Assembly: GCA_035561095.1 (NCBI GenBank)
Contig: DATMYE010000042.1
Span: forward strand, 79,994 to 143,993
Source of the DNA: Clostridia bacterium
Lineage (GTDB): Bacteria > Bacillota > Clostridia > Christensenellales > CAG-138
Length of the DNA: 64,000 nucleotides
Direction: 5' to 3'
The notes beneath the pieces are model-generated. The model did no database searches. It worked only from the letters and a program-made list of their open reading frames with translations, and was not told the origin of the DNA. Position numbers and translations under genes: made by a program. Every line of letters begins with the position of its first letter. Position 1 is the first letter of the stretch. This document shows, in pieces, positions 63,892 through 64,000 of this stretch.

Positions 63892-64000
63892 TACATCATT
63901 TTCTTAATTTTGATTCTGCCATTGATCCATTACGTCATCCGTTTTGTTTTGTTTTCGTCAGTCTTTTAAATATCCATTGTTACTTTTTGGTTAGAAACGT

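Overview
This is a densely coding, visibly GC-rich chromosomal segment. Strong third-position G/C bias produces long Arg/Ala/His-rich shadow ORFs antisense to almost every real gene. Gene content points to a Clostridia-type Gram-positive anaerobe: buk/ptb, iorAB, a SpoVD-like PBP with PASTA domains, a BceRSAB-type module and an ECF sigma/anti-sigma pair. That taxonomic call is inference only.

Content in order:
- rplT 3' end, an ArsR-MFS pair, a GNAT, a TrmH-family methyltransferase and an isochorismatase-family hydrolase.
- A truncated minus-strand dcw cluster: mraZ-rsmH-ftsL-bPBP-murE-[359 bp repeat spacer]-mraY-murD.
- A type IIA topoisomerase B/A pair, a lipoprotein, a GlsB-family protein and a half-size AI-2E-like protein.
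- A BceRSAB-type peptide-antibiotic sensing/efflux module.
- A buk-ptb-iorA-iorB-aminotransferase operon.
- tupABC behind a Moco/Tuco-riboswitch-like leader.
- Three unknown membrane proteins beside an ECF sigma/anti-sigma pair.
- A YbiT-like ABC-F protein, an HD hydrolase, two Acyl_transf_3 proteins, ada and a large polytopic membrane protein.
- An AT-richer patch abutting ssrA (tmRNA), then smpB-lysA, secG and gpmI-tpiA-pgk.
- An MBL hydrolase, a membrane protein, a DivIVA-like repeat protein and ruvCAB.
- A 1106-aa LTD/CotH lipoprotein, then an AT-rich terminal segment with small unknown genes.

No rRNA, tRNA, CRISPR array, transposase or integrase was seen.

Most notable hunt results:
1. 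The dcw-cluster class B PBP has lost both catalytic lysines (SxxK reads SMFD, KTG reads ISG).
2. The adjacent MraY has lost the third essential Asp (GDxGS reads GATGT), has HHH changed to HRH, and has its conserved cytoplasmic loop replaced by a Pro/Lys/Glu-rich stretch. MurD and MurE keep all their motifs.
3. murF, ftsW and murG are absent from the cluster. The murF position holds nested palindromic repeats.
4. TupA looks circularly permuted.
5. The tmRNA 3' end plus a terminator is duplicated 193 bp away, like an att scar.
6. A DivIVA-like protein translationally coupled to ruvB carries five roughly 90-aa acidic repeat modules.
7. A consensus promoter plus terminator brackets a roughly 80-nt candidate sRNA near the window end.
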